This document shows, in pieces, positions 11,779-25,011 of a stretch of DNA of 64,000 nt. The translations under genes and the position numbers were made by a program. The notes beneath the pieces are model-generated. The model was given only the letters and a program-made list of their open reading frames with translations. It searched no databases and had not been told where the DNA came from. Source of the DNA: Lama guanicoe (lineage: Eukaryota); the NCBI GenBank assembly GCA_013239625.1, contig MU056703.1, positions 2,593,185-2,657,184 of the forward strand, written 5' to 3'. Within the stretch, counting starts at the first letter, position 1; every line of letters begins with the position of its first letter.

Positions 11779-12830
11779 GTAGGTGGAAGGTGACAAATGG
11801 CCACTACCAGGTGCATGAAACATGTGAGAGAGAAACATAAAACACATTCACAGTCATTTAAATAGCTGCACTTTCTCCTGCCATTTTTTATGGTTTTCAG
11901 TAAACGTGGCTGAGTTGGAAAAAGCAAGTACAGTTTCTTTGAAAGGGGCCTTTTTAAAACTGCTCTCCTTGCCCGTTTAGTACGAGCACAGCTGACAGAC
12001 AGGTGGATGGCTGGGCGCCTGCAGTGCAGGCTTGGTCTTGCAGGGCCGGGAGCAGCGGCCCCTCAGGGCTGTCATCCGGAGCCAGACTTGGCCGGGTGTG
12101 AACAGACACACACACTGCACAGGTGACTGCCTGCACCACCCGAGCGTGCGTGCATGTGTGCGCACAGGTGTGGTGCATGGTTAGCGTGGTGGTGGAAGGC
12201 TAGGGGGTAAGGCCAGTGGGCTCAGCCTCAGCGCTGCACCCAGTTTCCTCAGAAGGTATGTGATTCGCGACCCTGGGAGGAGCACATTCTGACTAAGTCG
12301 TGTGTGAGAAAATGAGAATTGTTTGGGGATAAATTTCTAAACATGCAGATTTTGGATGTGAACACGTGCAATATGGTGTCTGGTCCATGCAGCGTTGCTG
12401 AACGTGGATTTAAGTTTCTAAAACGCCCCTGAAACTGAGCGAGACACGGTCTAACCAAAACTGGTCTTTTCTGTGTGACTTACTTGTCGGGTTGGAGGAA
12501 ACTGGGTTCGAGTCTGAACTTGTGGTGGGGCTTGCTTCCTCTGTGTGTTTCTTTCCAGTGCATTTCAATAAGGGAAAATAGGATTTTAATGAATAGGGAG
12601 CATTTCACAACTGACAGATGTTGTTTAAAAGGCACTTTTTTTCTCCACTCACTACTTTAATGCTGTGGTTTTATTAGCAAAAGAATTAGTTGGTTTTAGA
12701 CCACCACAGTCCTCTTAAGAGGGGCTGGGGCTCCTCCTTGGGTCCAGGTGAGGAGCCCCCCTGGAGGAGGGTGGAGGGTAGGGTGGGCAGGGTGGGTGGG
12801 CCCCCCCGGCACTCAGCCGCCTGTCCCCAG

Positions 12831-13039
12831 GTGTTCCCGGTGACGAGCTCGGGGGCCCCGGTCAGCGAGTACCCCTTCGTGAGGACAGGCCTGCTGGGCT
12901 TCGTTGGCCCTGGGGGGCTTGTCTTCGCGGTGGGCAAGATGGACGGGCTGATGGTGGTCAGCGGGCGCAGACACAACGCCGACGACATCGTGGCCACCGC
13001 GCTGGCCGTGGAGCCCATGAAGTTCGTCTACCGAGGAAG
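12831..13039 (+). CDS. DIP2C: DIP2C coding exon (~20), VFPVTSSGAPVSEYPFVRTGLLGF...PMKFVYRGR
   Basis: tccccag acceptor, gtgagc donor, 209 nt; within ORF 12690..13043. Confidence 0.96.
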
Positions 13040-14009
13040 GTGAGCGCACTTCTCCGCAGACCACACTTTCTAGATAACGCTCATAAATTGCTCTAACGGG
13101 ACGACCTGTCCTCTTTGACGTGAAGCCACTGGAGTCTATGACTTCTGAGATTCCACGAGGTTCTGAATGTCCAGTTTTACGGAACTTTCCTGAGCCCATA
13201 AATATATTTTCAGCAACTTCCCTTCCGAGTAAAATAAGAATATCCGTTTGAGAAACGTACTTTTCGTAAGTAGCTACACAGGAAAGAGCCTAGCATTTCT
13301 TGCTACAGCTCATTTCAAATGACCCAGAGGTGATGGTTGAGCCCCAGCTGCCTAGAAAGTGGCTCTTGGGCTTCCCCCCGACCCAGCGGTGCCCCCGCCC
13401 ACCTTGGCACATGGTCAGCACTGACCCACTGTCCACGGCTCCTGAGGGGTTGCTCACTTGGAGGGCATGATCGCTGCTGTAGATCTTACTCAGGTTGCCA
13501 AGGAAATGGGTGTGGGAGGAGGTGAAGCTGAGTGTTGGATGTGCAGAGGGCACCCCAGAGGTCCGGTTGCCACGGCCCACACTTCCTCTGAGAGGCAGAC
13601 ACGTCTAGTGGAAAACTGGCACATTAGCTCCCAGACGACAGCTTCCTGCTGATGGGAGAGAGTTGCTTCACAGGTGCAAACTCAAGATGTGAATTGCACG
13701 GCTTGCCAAGTTTCAGCTGTTCTGACAACGGCTGACAACGGCTCCTTCTGTCTACTGAGAGGCAGAGGCCGGCGCCCAGAGCCACAGGCGGGCTCCACGG
13801 GAAATGTGAGCGGTTCTGCCCCTTGGCGCCCCCAGGCCTCCCCCAGAACTGTGCTTACCTTGCTGAGCGCATGGGAGTTGAAGCTGCGGTTTCCTTCCAG
13901 AGGCCGCTGTCGCCCTGGGAGCCAGCTGCGAAGCTCCTTCCAGCAGGGCTGGTGCTTCCTTGAGCATCTGCAGCACGTGCTCACTGCGCTATCCTGTCTG
14001 TCCCCACAG

Positions 14010-14124
14010 GATCGCTGTGTTTTCGGTGACTGTCCTGCACGACGAGAGGATAGTGATTGTGGCCGAGCAGAGGCCAGACTCCACGGAGGAGGACAGCTTC
14101 CAGTGGATGAGCAGGGTGCTGCAG
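14010..14124 (+). CDS. DIP2C: DIP2C coding exon (~21), IAVFSVTVLHDERIVIVAEQRPDSTEEDSFQWMSRVLQ
   Basis: ccccacag acceptor, gtagtc donor, 115 nt; within ORF 13960..14349. Confidence 0.96.
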
Positions 14125-14533
14125 GTAGTCCTCCTGGCACCCCCCCCCTCCGTGCCCCTAACCTCTGGGGGTGTGGCTGCTGTGCTCTCTGGTCATCCCC
14201 GCACTCACCCAGCAGCTGTATTGACCGTGAACTCACAGTTGCGTCCTAGGGAGGTGGCTGTACAGACTGAGATTCGGGTCAGGGTTCGGGGATTTGCAGA
14301 ACTGGCTCCCACTTGCTTGCGGAGTCTCGAGGGGACGTTTCTGTTATGACCTGGAGCACGTGTGTGCTGTTCCACATGTCCTGCGGTGCATTCTGCTCAG
14401 TGAGGTGTGGTGAGCCAGGGGTCCCCCTTGTGCTGTGTCAGCTTCTGTGTGCTGGGTTTGCACATCTGAGGATCTGCTCCAGGGCTGTCCGTCACACCTG
14501 GTTTCACACAGTTTCCTCTCTGTGACTTTGCAG

Positions 14534-14735
14534 GCGATCGACAGCATACATCAAGTTGGGGTTTACTGTCTGGCCTTGGTTCCGGCCAACACCCTCCCCA
14601 AAACCCCGCTCGGGGGGATCCATTTGTCCGAAACGAAGCAGCTTTTCCTGGAGGGCTCGCTTCACCCCTGCAACGTCCTGATGTGCCCCCACACGTGCGT
14701 CACCAACCTGCCTAAGCCTCGGCAGAAGCAGCCAG
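14534..14735 (+). CDS. DIP2C: DIP2C coding exon (~22), AIDSIHQVGVYCLALVPANTLPKTPLGGIHLSETK...PRQKQP
   Basis: tttgcag acceptor, gtatgt donor, 202 nt; within ORF 14435..14968. Confidence 0.96.
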
Positions 14736-17016
14736 GTATGTCCAGAGGTCGTGCAGGCCCGGGTCCCTGCCAGCAAGGCCTCAGCCTCCCCTCCGGCCTC
14801 CCATCACACGCTCCCGGGGAACTCAGCTCCCTCCCACGCAGCCCTTCTCCCCAGGGTGCGGTGGGATGTGGCATCTCTTCTGGGTGCAGCTGGGGCTCAG
14901 ACCTCGATCTCCTGGGTGGCCCTTGGCACAGAACCTCTCAGGGTCACAGCTCCCTCGTGCCCAGATGAGCATGAGGCTTCCTTCCATGTTCTGTGAGTCG
15001 AGCAGTCGACACGCGGGAAGCACGTGGAAGCCTGTGAGGAGTTGCGCTGCTCTGCCACTTGGGGTGCATGGGCACCACCTCCGAGTCATCCTCCACACAG
15101 CTCATCATCCTGCGCTTCGGGCTGCACGTGGCTGTCAGTGGAGAGGAATTTATTGCAAGAACATGGGTGGTGGGGGAGCAGCCCCTCCGCCAGTGCAGGA
15201 ACGGGGTCCCGGCCTCCAGCTTGACGTGCCAACCTCAGGCAGGCAGGGCGCCCTCAGGCCAGGGTGCTAGGACAACAGACAATGCGTACATGGCACAGAT
15301 TTTACAAGGAAACGAGGAAGCTATGCCACAGCAAGGTCAGGAGCTGACCCAAGGCTGTGGGGCCAGAGTTCAGGAGAGACAGAACCAGACCTGACGGCTA
15401 TCTGCTCCCCCGATAGGGTGGCAGTGGGGCCAGGTTTAGGGGCAAGTCAGCTAGAGGTGGTCAGGGGGCACGGGTCCCAGTGCAGTTGGTGGTGGCTGTA
15501 GGAACCAGCCCACCCCCGGGAAGGGAGCTTGGCTGAGATGGGGTGGGCGGCCCCTCCAGGGTTCGGGTGAGGAGGAGCGTGGGCACCGGGGCTCTGACTC
15601 CAGGCCGCTCGCTGCTGTGCCCTCTGAGCACAGCGTCCATGGGGTGGTTGTGATCCTCTCCCGGCGCAAGACCTAGACAGTCACAGCATGCCTGCTTTCC
15701 TGGCACCTTGGGTTTGTGTTTACAGTGATAAACACTGCTCTTCCTCTTAAATTATTCTCTTGTGTTCTGACTCCTTAACTAATGTTCCTCCTCCACTTCT
15801 TTGCTCTCACCTCTGTTGCACCCTCTCAGTCCCTGGCTTGTGTGAGTGTCGTGTAGACCAGAGTCACGTCTGACCGAACCGTCCATTTCTTTATTCTACG
15901 GGCAATTGCTTCAAGTGGCAAAGCCACTGAAAGACACAGCTTGTCCTTCGTGAGCCTAGGAAGTGGATGAAAAATAGCCTCTTTTGTCTCCTCTGGCCTC
16001 TGGGTGTGAACAGCACTGGGACTGACACAAGGTGGCTCTCGGCATGGATTTAATCAAGCCAGGGATGAAACCCAAGTTGACCGTGTGATCTTTGTGATCT
16101 TATGCTGCGGCTCTTTCAGTGAAGCTCTCCCAGCCTCCTCTCCTGCTCCCCCCCACCCCTCACTGACCCACACTCACACACTGGCCCTGTACTCTGCAGC
16201 GTCTGACCTCCTCCTGAGGTCTTGGTTTCTATGCATGTGTGTAATGAAAATGTATGAATGGTAATATGAGAAAGGTATCTACGGTTTCTTGCAATCAGAA
16301 ATTTTGAAAGAGTTTCTATAGTTCTTTAAGAAACTTCTTTCATTAAAAAAGAAAAGCTGCCAGGATGGATTGTATCTGCTTTTCCCTCTTGAAATGCTTC
16401 TTAGACTGGAGTGAGCGTTGGTGGTCAAGTCAGTAACAGCGACTAGGAGGGGTGTGGGCCGTGTGGGCGCGGGTTGGTTTGCTATTGCCCGGAGACCCCG
16501 AAGCCTTCACAGTGATGAGTGAGTGACTGTGTCCTCCCCCTTCTGCCGTGTTACTCCTTGAATTCATCCAAAGAAGCACTTACTAAACACACACGGTATT
16601 TTGTTGCTGTTGATGGTCAGCTCTCACTGACGTGATAACAACAGGAGCAAGACGCACATCTTTACCTACTTTGAGACGCATCACATGCTAAGTTCTGAAC
16701 TTGTCTTCTGCGGTATTTTCATCGTCACTGGAATGAGTAGGTCTTAGCAGCCCCCCAGCTGGAAACCAAAGGCAGCGACTCTGTAGAGCCCGGGAAGTTT
16801 TGCAGGAGCGTGGCTCTGTGGACCCTTGTCAGGGCTGGTTCACATTTGCTGTCATTGTCGTCGCAGTGGCTGACTTGAAGCCCTGTTCTCGTGAGACTTT
16901 TCAAAGCTGGGGCTTCGGGAGGGTTCTCCAGAGTGAGCTCTGTACCGAAGCGGGAGGTCGTGTTTTCAGGAACTTCATCACATTTTCCTCACGTGTGTGC
17001 CGCTGCTTCTTTCCAG

Positions 17017-17126
17017 AAATCGGCCCTGCCTCCGTGATGGTGGGGAACCTGGTGTCTGGGAAGCGGATTGCACAGGCCAGCGGCAGAGACCTGGGCCAGA
17101 TAGAAGACAACGACCAGGCCCGGAAG
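17017..17126 (+). CDS. DIP2C: DIP2C coding exon (~23), EIGPASVMVGNLVSGKRIAQASGRDLGQIEDNDQARK
   Basis: ctttccag acceptor, gtgagc donor, 110 nt; within ORF 16800..17288. Confidence 0.96.
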
Positions 17127-18384
17127 GTGAGCATGGAGAGCCAGACCTCGCCAGTTCCTCTCCACCTGGCGCCCAAGGGCCGGACCACAGACGTCATCAA
17201 CTCCCACTCCCTCTCTGCCAGCCCAGTCTGTGTTCCTACCTTCCACCTGCCCTCCTGGTCCCGCAAGCGACACCATGTGGCTCTATGAGGAAAGTGCATT
17301 TGTTGGGAGATGCAGTGTTGGGGGACGCTTGACAGTAGCACAGTCCCAGGACTGGCAGGCTTGCGGCCAGTGTGGGTCCCTTCCTGTCCTTTTATCCCCT
17401 GAGCACTTGTTCTTGGTTCTCCCACAGCCCTGATGTGACACCCAGGCTGCCTCACAGCCACATTATTGCGAAGCTACAGTCCTTTGATTGTCGGAATTCA
17501 AGAAAATATCAGTTCAGAACCCAGGTCTGGGAGGCAGACATTCTTAAAGCAGCCTTGGGATCTGTGGGAGAAACTCCATGTAAACATGAAAACTGGTCCC
17601 GTGTGGCTGCGAGTCCCCATGGTGACCATTCAGCCCCAGAACTCCTCCCGCTCTCCCAAAGGTAGTCCTGCTGTGGGGGGGCTCCCAGGAAATGTGACAA
17701 AGCAGTCACTTAAGATACTGCCAATTGGGTAACACATGATAACATGTTCAGTGAAAGCACTGGATCACCATGTTCCCCAGCTCGTAGTGCATTTCTTTCA
17801 GTCGTGGATTAAGGTGAATATGTGGGTATTTGCTGTATCCTGACCCTAGTGCTGTGTCCTGGCGTGAAATAGGGCCATCCTTGTCACCAGACTGTCAGCC
17901 TGGTGCCTACAAGCTGTGTGCTTTGCAGTGCTGTTGAACGACTTCAGGGATGACCATTGAAAAACAAATTTAAGAGATTCCATTCTTGAAGCAGGGTCGA
18001 TCTGATTCTGTCATTGCAGCCCCCAGACATCACTGTTGCATCTTCGGGAAGCCCAGGGGAAGGGGTTTTCTGTGTCAGTTATCCTGTCTGTGAGGGGAGT
18101 GAACGGAGTCTTCCCGTCCATGGGGAGATTTCAGAACTCTTCCGTAATGGAGGCAGGGCACCAGCCCTCTGGCCTGTGAGTCTGAATCAGGCATGGTGAG
18201 TTCAGGTCGCTGCCAGGAAAGCATCGTAAGCACCTGCTGGTTCTGCCGATTATATTCGTCAGGGATGATCCCCTCGCTGTGTGAAGGCACCCTGAAAGCA
18301 CTCAGGCAGACCACGCCTGTTTAAATGTTGAGGTCAGCCCGGCTCTCGGGACAGTCTGGACCTAACGGCTGTGCTCTGTTCCAG

Positions 18385-18465
18385 TTCCTGTTCCTCTCGG
18401 AGGTCCTGCAGTGGAGGGCGCAGACCACCCCTGACCACGTGCTGTACACGCTGCTGAACTGCAGG
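18385..18465 (+). CDS. DIP2C: DIP2C coding exon (~24), FLFLSEVLQWRAQTTPDHVLYTLLNCR
   Basis: gttccag acceptor, gtgagg donor, 81 nt; within ORF 18325..18594. Confidence 0.96.
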
Positions 18466-21400
18466 GTGAGGCCCTGGGCGTCCCCGTGGGAGCACGTGCC
18501 TGAGCTTCTGTGTCTCTTTCTCGGGCCACACCTTCCACCGCAGCCTTCCCTGACTCCTGTTATTTATGTGTTTGTTTGTTGCTGTTTTGACTGAGATCTC
18601 TTCACCTAGGGAAGGTTGCTTCTAAATATAAGGCTTGAGCATCTGGACGTATGTGTATAGTGTATTTTAGCAATTTTTTTTGCAATGTTTTCCCCCCAAA
18701 GTGAGTTGCTGAATGCCTACAACAGAGAACAGTTGCAGACTTATGAGGTATTAATGTCTTTATTTTTTATTTATTTATCTTTTTACTAAACTACATTTTT
18801 ATAAGTAAGATGTCATGTTTTAATTACAGGCTTTCATTCTTAGGAATGAAAATCATTTCTATTTTATCCGTGAGGTTTATGTGTTCACGTTTCAGATTAG
18901 AGAAGCAAACTCACCAGGTGTTTGTTGCATAATAGTGTTCAAGAAGGAGGCCTTAAACATACAAGCAGATAGTATCAACAAGAAATTTAAATGCAAAAAT
19001 CTTAATATGCTTGTTAACTTTTCACTTACTTTGGAAATAAAGCCTGGAAAATGGGTTTAAAATGTAGGTCATCTTGACCAGTAAGGCTACTTGCAACTTT
19101 AGGAAGTGATGGCTAATCAGTCTCTTAATATCAAAGTCTCAGTGCACCAAGGCATCTGTTGCCTTTTAAAGCAATAGATTAAAGTCAAGTAAAAAGAAAT
19201 GCTAATAATATAAGTTACTCCCCAAATCCCTAGTTCGGATATCCAGCTTTCTGACCAGTTTGTGTGATTTAGTTCACAGAAGTAACCCCATCCTCCTCTG
19301 TCACAGCTTGTCTTGAGTTGCCCTGCAAGCTGAGTTGATCCCAGCAGGTCCTTGTTTGCTGTGTCTGTTCAAGGCGACCCCCCTGGAGGGTCTTAGAAAG
19401 CACTCCGGCACCCTGGCCCCCGTGAGGAGAGTTTGGTACCCCACCTTTTGGTGCCTACCCTGGGGCTTCATGGACCCTCTTCCCAGGATTAAGGCTCCCG
19501 CTGTCCCTCGGGCTCGCAGGTGCACGGCAGGAACCCCGAGGACCACGTGGTTGCTAGGAGCCCTGTGTCTGAAACACGCCCGCTTTCCTTGTCTTTCCTC
19601 CGCCCCTTCCTCAGCCTGTGAACATGGACAAGACCACTTCCCTGGCTCTGCTGCCCAGCTGGCCCTCAGCTCTGACACTTCCTGTGTTTCTCTCGCGTCG
19701 CCCTTTCTGACTCCTCCGTCCTCTGCACGAAGCACTACCCCTGGAGGCCGCTCGTGGCTTTGCCTTCTTCTTCCAGAGCTTCTCGTGGCCTCGGGAGGTT
19801 TCCAGCAGCACTTGCAGGGTGGCAGCTGGAGCCGCACTCCAGCCTGACCCCAGTCCCTGGGAAGGACGCCTGCTCAGATGGCCTCCTCTCAGCTCCCTGA
19901 GCGGTGCAGTGGCGCTGCCCGGCAACACGGGCCCGGACACACGGCATGCCGCCTCTGGAACCTGCAAGCAGCGAGAGTCAGGCTGGGGTCACTGTCATAT
20001 TTCAGGCTGGGCGAGGGGAAGGCCGCCGTGCCTGCCCCAGATACTCTGGAGTGTAAGCGATCGCTTAGGAAATAGTAGCCACTGCCCCACCCAAGACACA
20101 GAGACCCGAAAGTGACTCAGGCAGGTTCACACACTACATCCCGTCAGTGGGAGGGAACGAGGGCAACAGAGCTACTCTGACTGTGTCTCTCCTGGGGATC
20201 TGCCGTCAGCGGGGCAGACCTCAGATTGCCGGTAGGGTGATGCAGGCACACCCGGCTTGTTGTCAGCAGGTGTGACCTGTGGGGCCTGCGTCCCCATTCC
20301 CAGACCCTGTGTTCATGGTCCTTTGCTCCGGCTGGGCACTGCTTGTTAGGGGAAACGTGGTCACTGGGAACAACTCGTATTCTGAAAAGCGCTTCATCCG
20401 CGGATCAGCGGGGTGAGCTGTGGAGCTCAAGGCTGTGAGAACATCTGCTTCAGGTCAGCACCGAGATCGTGTGGCCCACAGTGGCCTCTATCTCCGGAGG
20501 CTTTCCTGACGTGGAGGCGGCCACAGCCTGACCACCTGGAAGGGTCAGATCAGAGCCAGACATCTGTGTTCACTCCCACCCTCTCTGACCCGCTGTGTGC
20601 GCTTACAGCAAATGTCCAGCCGGAACCGAAGGTCAGGAGCATCACGTCCATGGTCGTTACAATGTGGTTTCCACTTAACCCTCTAGTTCAGGACTGTCCA
20701 ACAGAAATAAAACACAAGCCGCACCCCAGTGTAATGTTTTCTAAAAGCAATATTTTAAAAAGGCGAAAAGAAATAAGTGATATTCATTCTGAAATGTTAT
20801 ACTTAAGTCAGTAAACTCAGACACTGTCCCCCCAGCATGTGGCCCCAGAGCTCTTCCAGGCTTCCGCTGCCCCGGACAGCTCCTTCCGTCGATTGTGAAT
20901 TCCCCAGCTTGGTCATGGCTCACCTAAAACGGGGACCCATTTGGTTCTTGCCTGTTGCAAACGGTAGCACGCATTGGTTTCCTCCCTGGCAATGCAGTCG
21001 GGGGGATAAGAGTTGTGTGAGATTTGCAGTAGGGGTGGGGACGTGATTCATGGCAAATCATGGAAGGCTTGCATCCTGGGAACTTAGTTCATACAAAGGA
21101 GCATCTGTTATTTTTTTGAAGAGAAACACCAGCCAACTCTAAACCTTTTTTTCTTCTTTGGGATTTTAAAATGTAAACCTTAACTTGGCTTTTTCTTCAT
21201 TCTTGGTTATATTTTCAGTTGTCATTATTTAATTTAATATAAAACTTGTAAATGGTGCTAAATTGGCAGTCGTTGACGCTGAAAGCTGTTGTCGTCAGAA
21301 CAGGGGTCACGTGGTAGATGACCCTGCACTGCCACCCTGTCATGGCACCAACCAAGACCTCTTTTGGGAAGATGCAGCCCTAATTTCCTGTGAGGTACTT

Positions 21401-22929
21401 TTCCGTAGAGCCACCTCCTTAGGCAGTGGGCTTCCCCGTGGGACATCCGACTTCTCCCAGGAATGTTGAGGGTGCAAGGCAACCAGTAACCTAAGGATAA
21501 ATCCCACTACTTCATGGACCCCTGTGACATTCATGTTTGTCGTGACAGCGAGTGGAAAATACAAAGTGTGTAGCTGAAAAGCAGTGGCATTTCTCCCGAG
21601 GTGAAAGGTGCCGTGTTCCAGCGTTTGGGCTAGATTTCTAGACACCAGTCTTGGAGGTCTCTCTGTATTGACCCAGCTTTGTCGCATTCTCCTCTCTGGC
21701 TCTTCCACTTCATGTATCTCTTGCTATTATTTTTAGACCTTACTCAGAAGGAACACAGTTAAGGGACGAGATGTGTAAGCTCAGCCTGTCCACCACATGA
21801 GGGCCCGGTCCTGGCACAGCAGGACAGGGCTGGAGCCAGCCGGACAGCCGCCTGGCAGCCTCCCTCAGCGAGGCCCCCGCATGTTGATTCCCAGGGTGGT
21901 TGCAGCCACCCGGGACCCTGGGAGTAACACCAGGCACTGGTAATTCTGTCCCAATGCCTTGTGACCGGCTCTCCCTCCCTCTGGGTCCCTCCCGCCAGGC
22001 ATGTGTTCCGTTTGGGTGGGAGTTCTGTATCTTCCCACACGTCGCCACCGGGTCCCCGGTGTTCCTTAATGGCCCTGAAGGTTCTGGGCTCTTCTGTCCA
22101 CATGTTCTCCTCCCGCATGACCAGCTGCTCCTTGAGGCTCCTTTCTGCACATGGGACAGTGTTCTCCACAGCTCCCCACTGGCTCACTCACGCTCCTTGG
22201 AAGCTCCCCACCTAATAAAAGTGTCTGGCCTGGGCTTGCTGACCTGACGCTCCCGGCCATTTCGCCCGCTGCTTAAGGAAAGGTCGTTCACCCTGTCCAT
22301 CCCTGTGAAGTGGGATGTGATTATGAAGAGCAGTTTTAAACAGCTTGGACAGTCCTCTTCTTCCCGGGAATGTGCGCAAATGAAAGCCTCGTCCTTAGGA
22401 GGAACTTTCTCCGGCTACTTACGTGTTTATAACTTGCAGCTTATTCATGCTTTTCTTTTTGGTATAAAGAATAAGTGTATGTATTTTGGTATCTCTTAGT
22501 ACCGATTTTGCTGCTGATTTTCCCTATTAGTGCCTTTCAGTCTAAGTGTGCTTTACAATTGCTTCTGCATGTTTGAAAAGTCTACGTTAGATAAACTTGA
22601 CGATTCATTTTTTTCTTTCGTAGTTTTTTTCGTTTCGTTTTGTTTTGCCTGTTGCTTGTTTGGAGGTTTGTCTGTTTTCTGACCTCCCTGACTTTTGATG
22701 TGGTCCTTCTTAAAAATATTTTTATTATTATTATTTTTCATAGTATGAGTCCTACAGATTTACTGCTAATTTGTATTGCCCATGACATGTACACTTAAGT
22801 CCCAGAATGACTAGGTTGATTTTTTCTTTGGAAGTTTTAGCTATTTTTGAGGTCAAATAATTATTTCTTTAAATGTCCTGTTAATACAAGTATTTCTAGA
22901 TGCCTCTTCAGTGTTGTGCTTCTTAGCTG

Positions 22930-23108
22930 GTGGGAGGGAAAGGAGAGTGAATGCTAATGGGATGGTGTCTCTTGAGGGGGTGACAAAAAACCTTCTAAAG
23001 CTGACTGTGGCGGTGGTCACGACTCGGTACAGACACTAGCACCCATTTAACTGTACATTTTAAACAAGCGGGTTGTATGGTATATGAACTATATCTTAAC
23101 AAAGCTGG
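22930..23108 (+). mobile_element. L1MB-like 3' end
   Basis: gagtgaatgctaatggg...ggtgacaaaaaaccttctaaa...ttgtatggtatatgaactatatcttaacaaagctg. Ends about 43 nt before the exon at 23151. Confidence 0.7.
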
Positions 23109-23150
23109 TCTGTTTCTAAAGTCCTCCCTCCTTGTTCTTGTGCTACTCAG

Positions 23151-23274
23151 GGAACGATAGCAAACTCGCTGACTTGTGTCCAGCTGCATAAACGGGCTGA
23201 GAAGATAGCCGTGATGCTGATGGAGAGGGGACACCTGCAGGACGGGGACCACGTTGCTCTGGTCTACCCGCCCG
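23151..23274 (+). CDS. DIP2C: DIP2C coding exon (~25), GTIANSLTCVQLHKRAEKIAVMLMERGHLQDGDHVALVYPP
   Basis: ctactcag acceptor, gtaaga donor, 124 nt. Confidence 0.96.
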
Positions 23275-23762
23275 GTAAGAAGCAGGCCCCTGCTAGTGCT
23301 GGGTGCCGCTGCCGTGTTAGCACCAGAAGTGGGCGCCGGCTCCTGCCTGGCTCCCTGTGTCTGCTCACTGTCAGTTGGGCCTGTGCTGCGCGCTGTACGA
23401 CTGGTAACGGGGGCACAGGTAAAGCAGTAATTTTACACAGATTTTTCTATCTAGATTTGTTTTATTAGATATTTGAGGGAGTTCGTTTAATCCGTAGTTC
23501 AGAGTTGAGTAGTCCTGAGAGAAACGACAGCAAGTAGCTTCTTGGCTGCTTTGGCATCTTGTGCCTAAAAAGAAAAGGACCGAGCGGAAGTCGTCCCCGC
23601 AGTTTAACAAACCTGCGAGGTGAGGAAAGGGTCTGTTAAAGGCCTCCGTTACCCGTGAGCCGTCTGGCTTTTTCCAGGACGGTGGTTCTGCTGACGGGCA
23701 CAACAGCCATTAAACAGCTGGATTTGTTTCAAGTGAGAACTTTTGCTTTTCCCCCCATGTAG

Positions 23763-23884
23763 GAATAGACCTCATCGCTGCATTTTATGGCTGCCTGTAC
23801 GCAGGGTGTGTGCCGATAACCGTCCGTCCTCCACACCCGCAGAACATCGCAACCACGCTGCCTACAGTGAAGATGATCGTGGAG
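23763..23884 (+). CDS. DIP2C: DIP2C coding exon (~26), GIDLIAAFYGCLYAGCVPITVRPPHPQNIATTLPTVKMIVE
   Basis: catgtag acceptor, gtaacg donor, 122 nt; translated by hand. Confidence 0.95.
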
Positions 23885-24701
23885 GTAACGTGGCCTGAGT
23901 GTGGGCCTGCAGGTCACAGCCTGGGCTCTCACGGCAGGGCCAGGCGCGGGTGTGGGGTCGCATGAGAGCCTGCAGTCACAGCTCCTTCCCTCAAGGAGCT
24001 CACCATCTAGTTCTGTGAGCAAGACTGAGACTTGTGCCTGGAAGTGAGAACTAGCGGGCAGCTTTGCCATGGTGCTGCGGAATCGAGGCAGCTCCCCAGA
24101 CAGGGCATCCCTGTGGGTGCTGGGAGTTTCCCCACCAGACCCAAGGAACAGACCAAACCAAACCAGGTGGAGAAGCCATATGTTTTAGAAAGCTCTTCGC
24201 TCAAGATTTAGAAGTGTCCTGTGCCTTTTTGAAAGTACAGGTTTGTTTTAATGTTTTTGGCCTGGGGAAGCTTAAGAGGGTTAGATGTTTTTCCCCTTGA
24301 AGGAGGAACCACGAGGGACGTCACGGCAGATTCTTCTTTGTAGTTGTGTGGGAGGAGCATTGTGGCCGTTACTCCCCATAGAAAGTGTTGAGGGTGTACA
24401 TGGAAATGTGTCACTTCTGGTGGGACAGAGCTGGCGGTGAGAGCAGCGAGTGTGGGTGCTGCTTTCTGAGTGTGGACACCGCTCAGGTCTGGGAACCGCA
24501 GGGGCTCGGCCCCCACCAGCCCTGCTCGTGTGCTTGGTGGTCCAGCTCCTGGCCGCGTGTACCTCTGGTGGCCGACACCGGCCCTTGTGCGGCAGCTGGG
24601 TGCCGGGCCGAGCCCCCTCCAAGCTGCCCGGCCTCCATCTGGAGCTGTACCCACCCCGCCCTTTACCCCCACCTCTCCGCTCTTTGCTCTCTGACCCTCA
24701 G

Positions 24702-24813
24702 GTGAGCCGCTCTGCCTGTTTGATGACAACACAACTGATCTGTAAATTGTTGCGGTCCAGGGAGGCAGCTGCAGCCGTAGATGTCAGGGCGTGGCCCCCC
24801 ATACTGGACACAG
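24702..24813 (+). CDS. DIP2C: DIP2C coding exon (~27), VSRSACLMTTQLICKLLRSREAAAAVDVRAWPPILDT
   Basis: ccctcag acceptor, gttggt donor, 112 nt; within ORF 24450..24830. Confidence 0.95.
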
Positions 24814-24901
24814 GTTGGTCCTCGAACTAGCCCAGTTGTTTGTTTGCTTAAATGTTTCTCTGTTAAGTCAGAGATGCTAACAGCTTTGTTTTGCTCTCCA
24901 G

Positions 24902-25011
24902 ATGATTTGCCAAAGAAGCGGCCCGCCCAGATCTACAAACCTTCCAACCCAGACACGCTAGCCTATCTTGATTTTAGTGTGTCCACAACTGGGATGCTAG
25001 CTGGAGTGAAG
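24902..25011 (+). CDS. DIP2C: DIP2C coding exon (~28), DDLPKKRPAQIYKPSNPDTLAYLDFSVSTTGMLAGVK
   Basis: ctctccag acceptor, gtgaga donor, 110 nt; contains the degenerate P-loop-like motif of domain 2. Confidence 0.96.

Noticed and set aside
19300-22320. LTR-like stretches at ~19300-19850 and ~21760-22320 (AATAAA at ~22214)
   Set aside because: Probably old ERV LTRs, but I cannot assign family or boundaries without RepeatMasker.
23091-23100. atatcttaac resembles a U12 branch site
   Set aside because: The intron's donor is U2-type (GTGAGG) and the motif is part of an L1 3' end.
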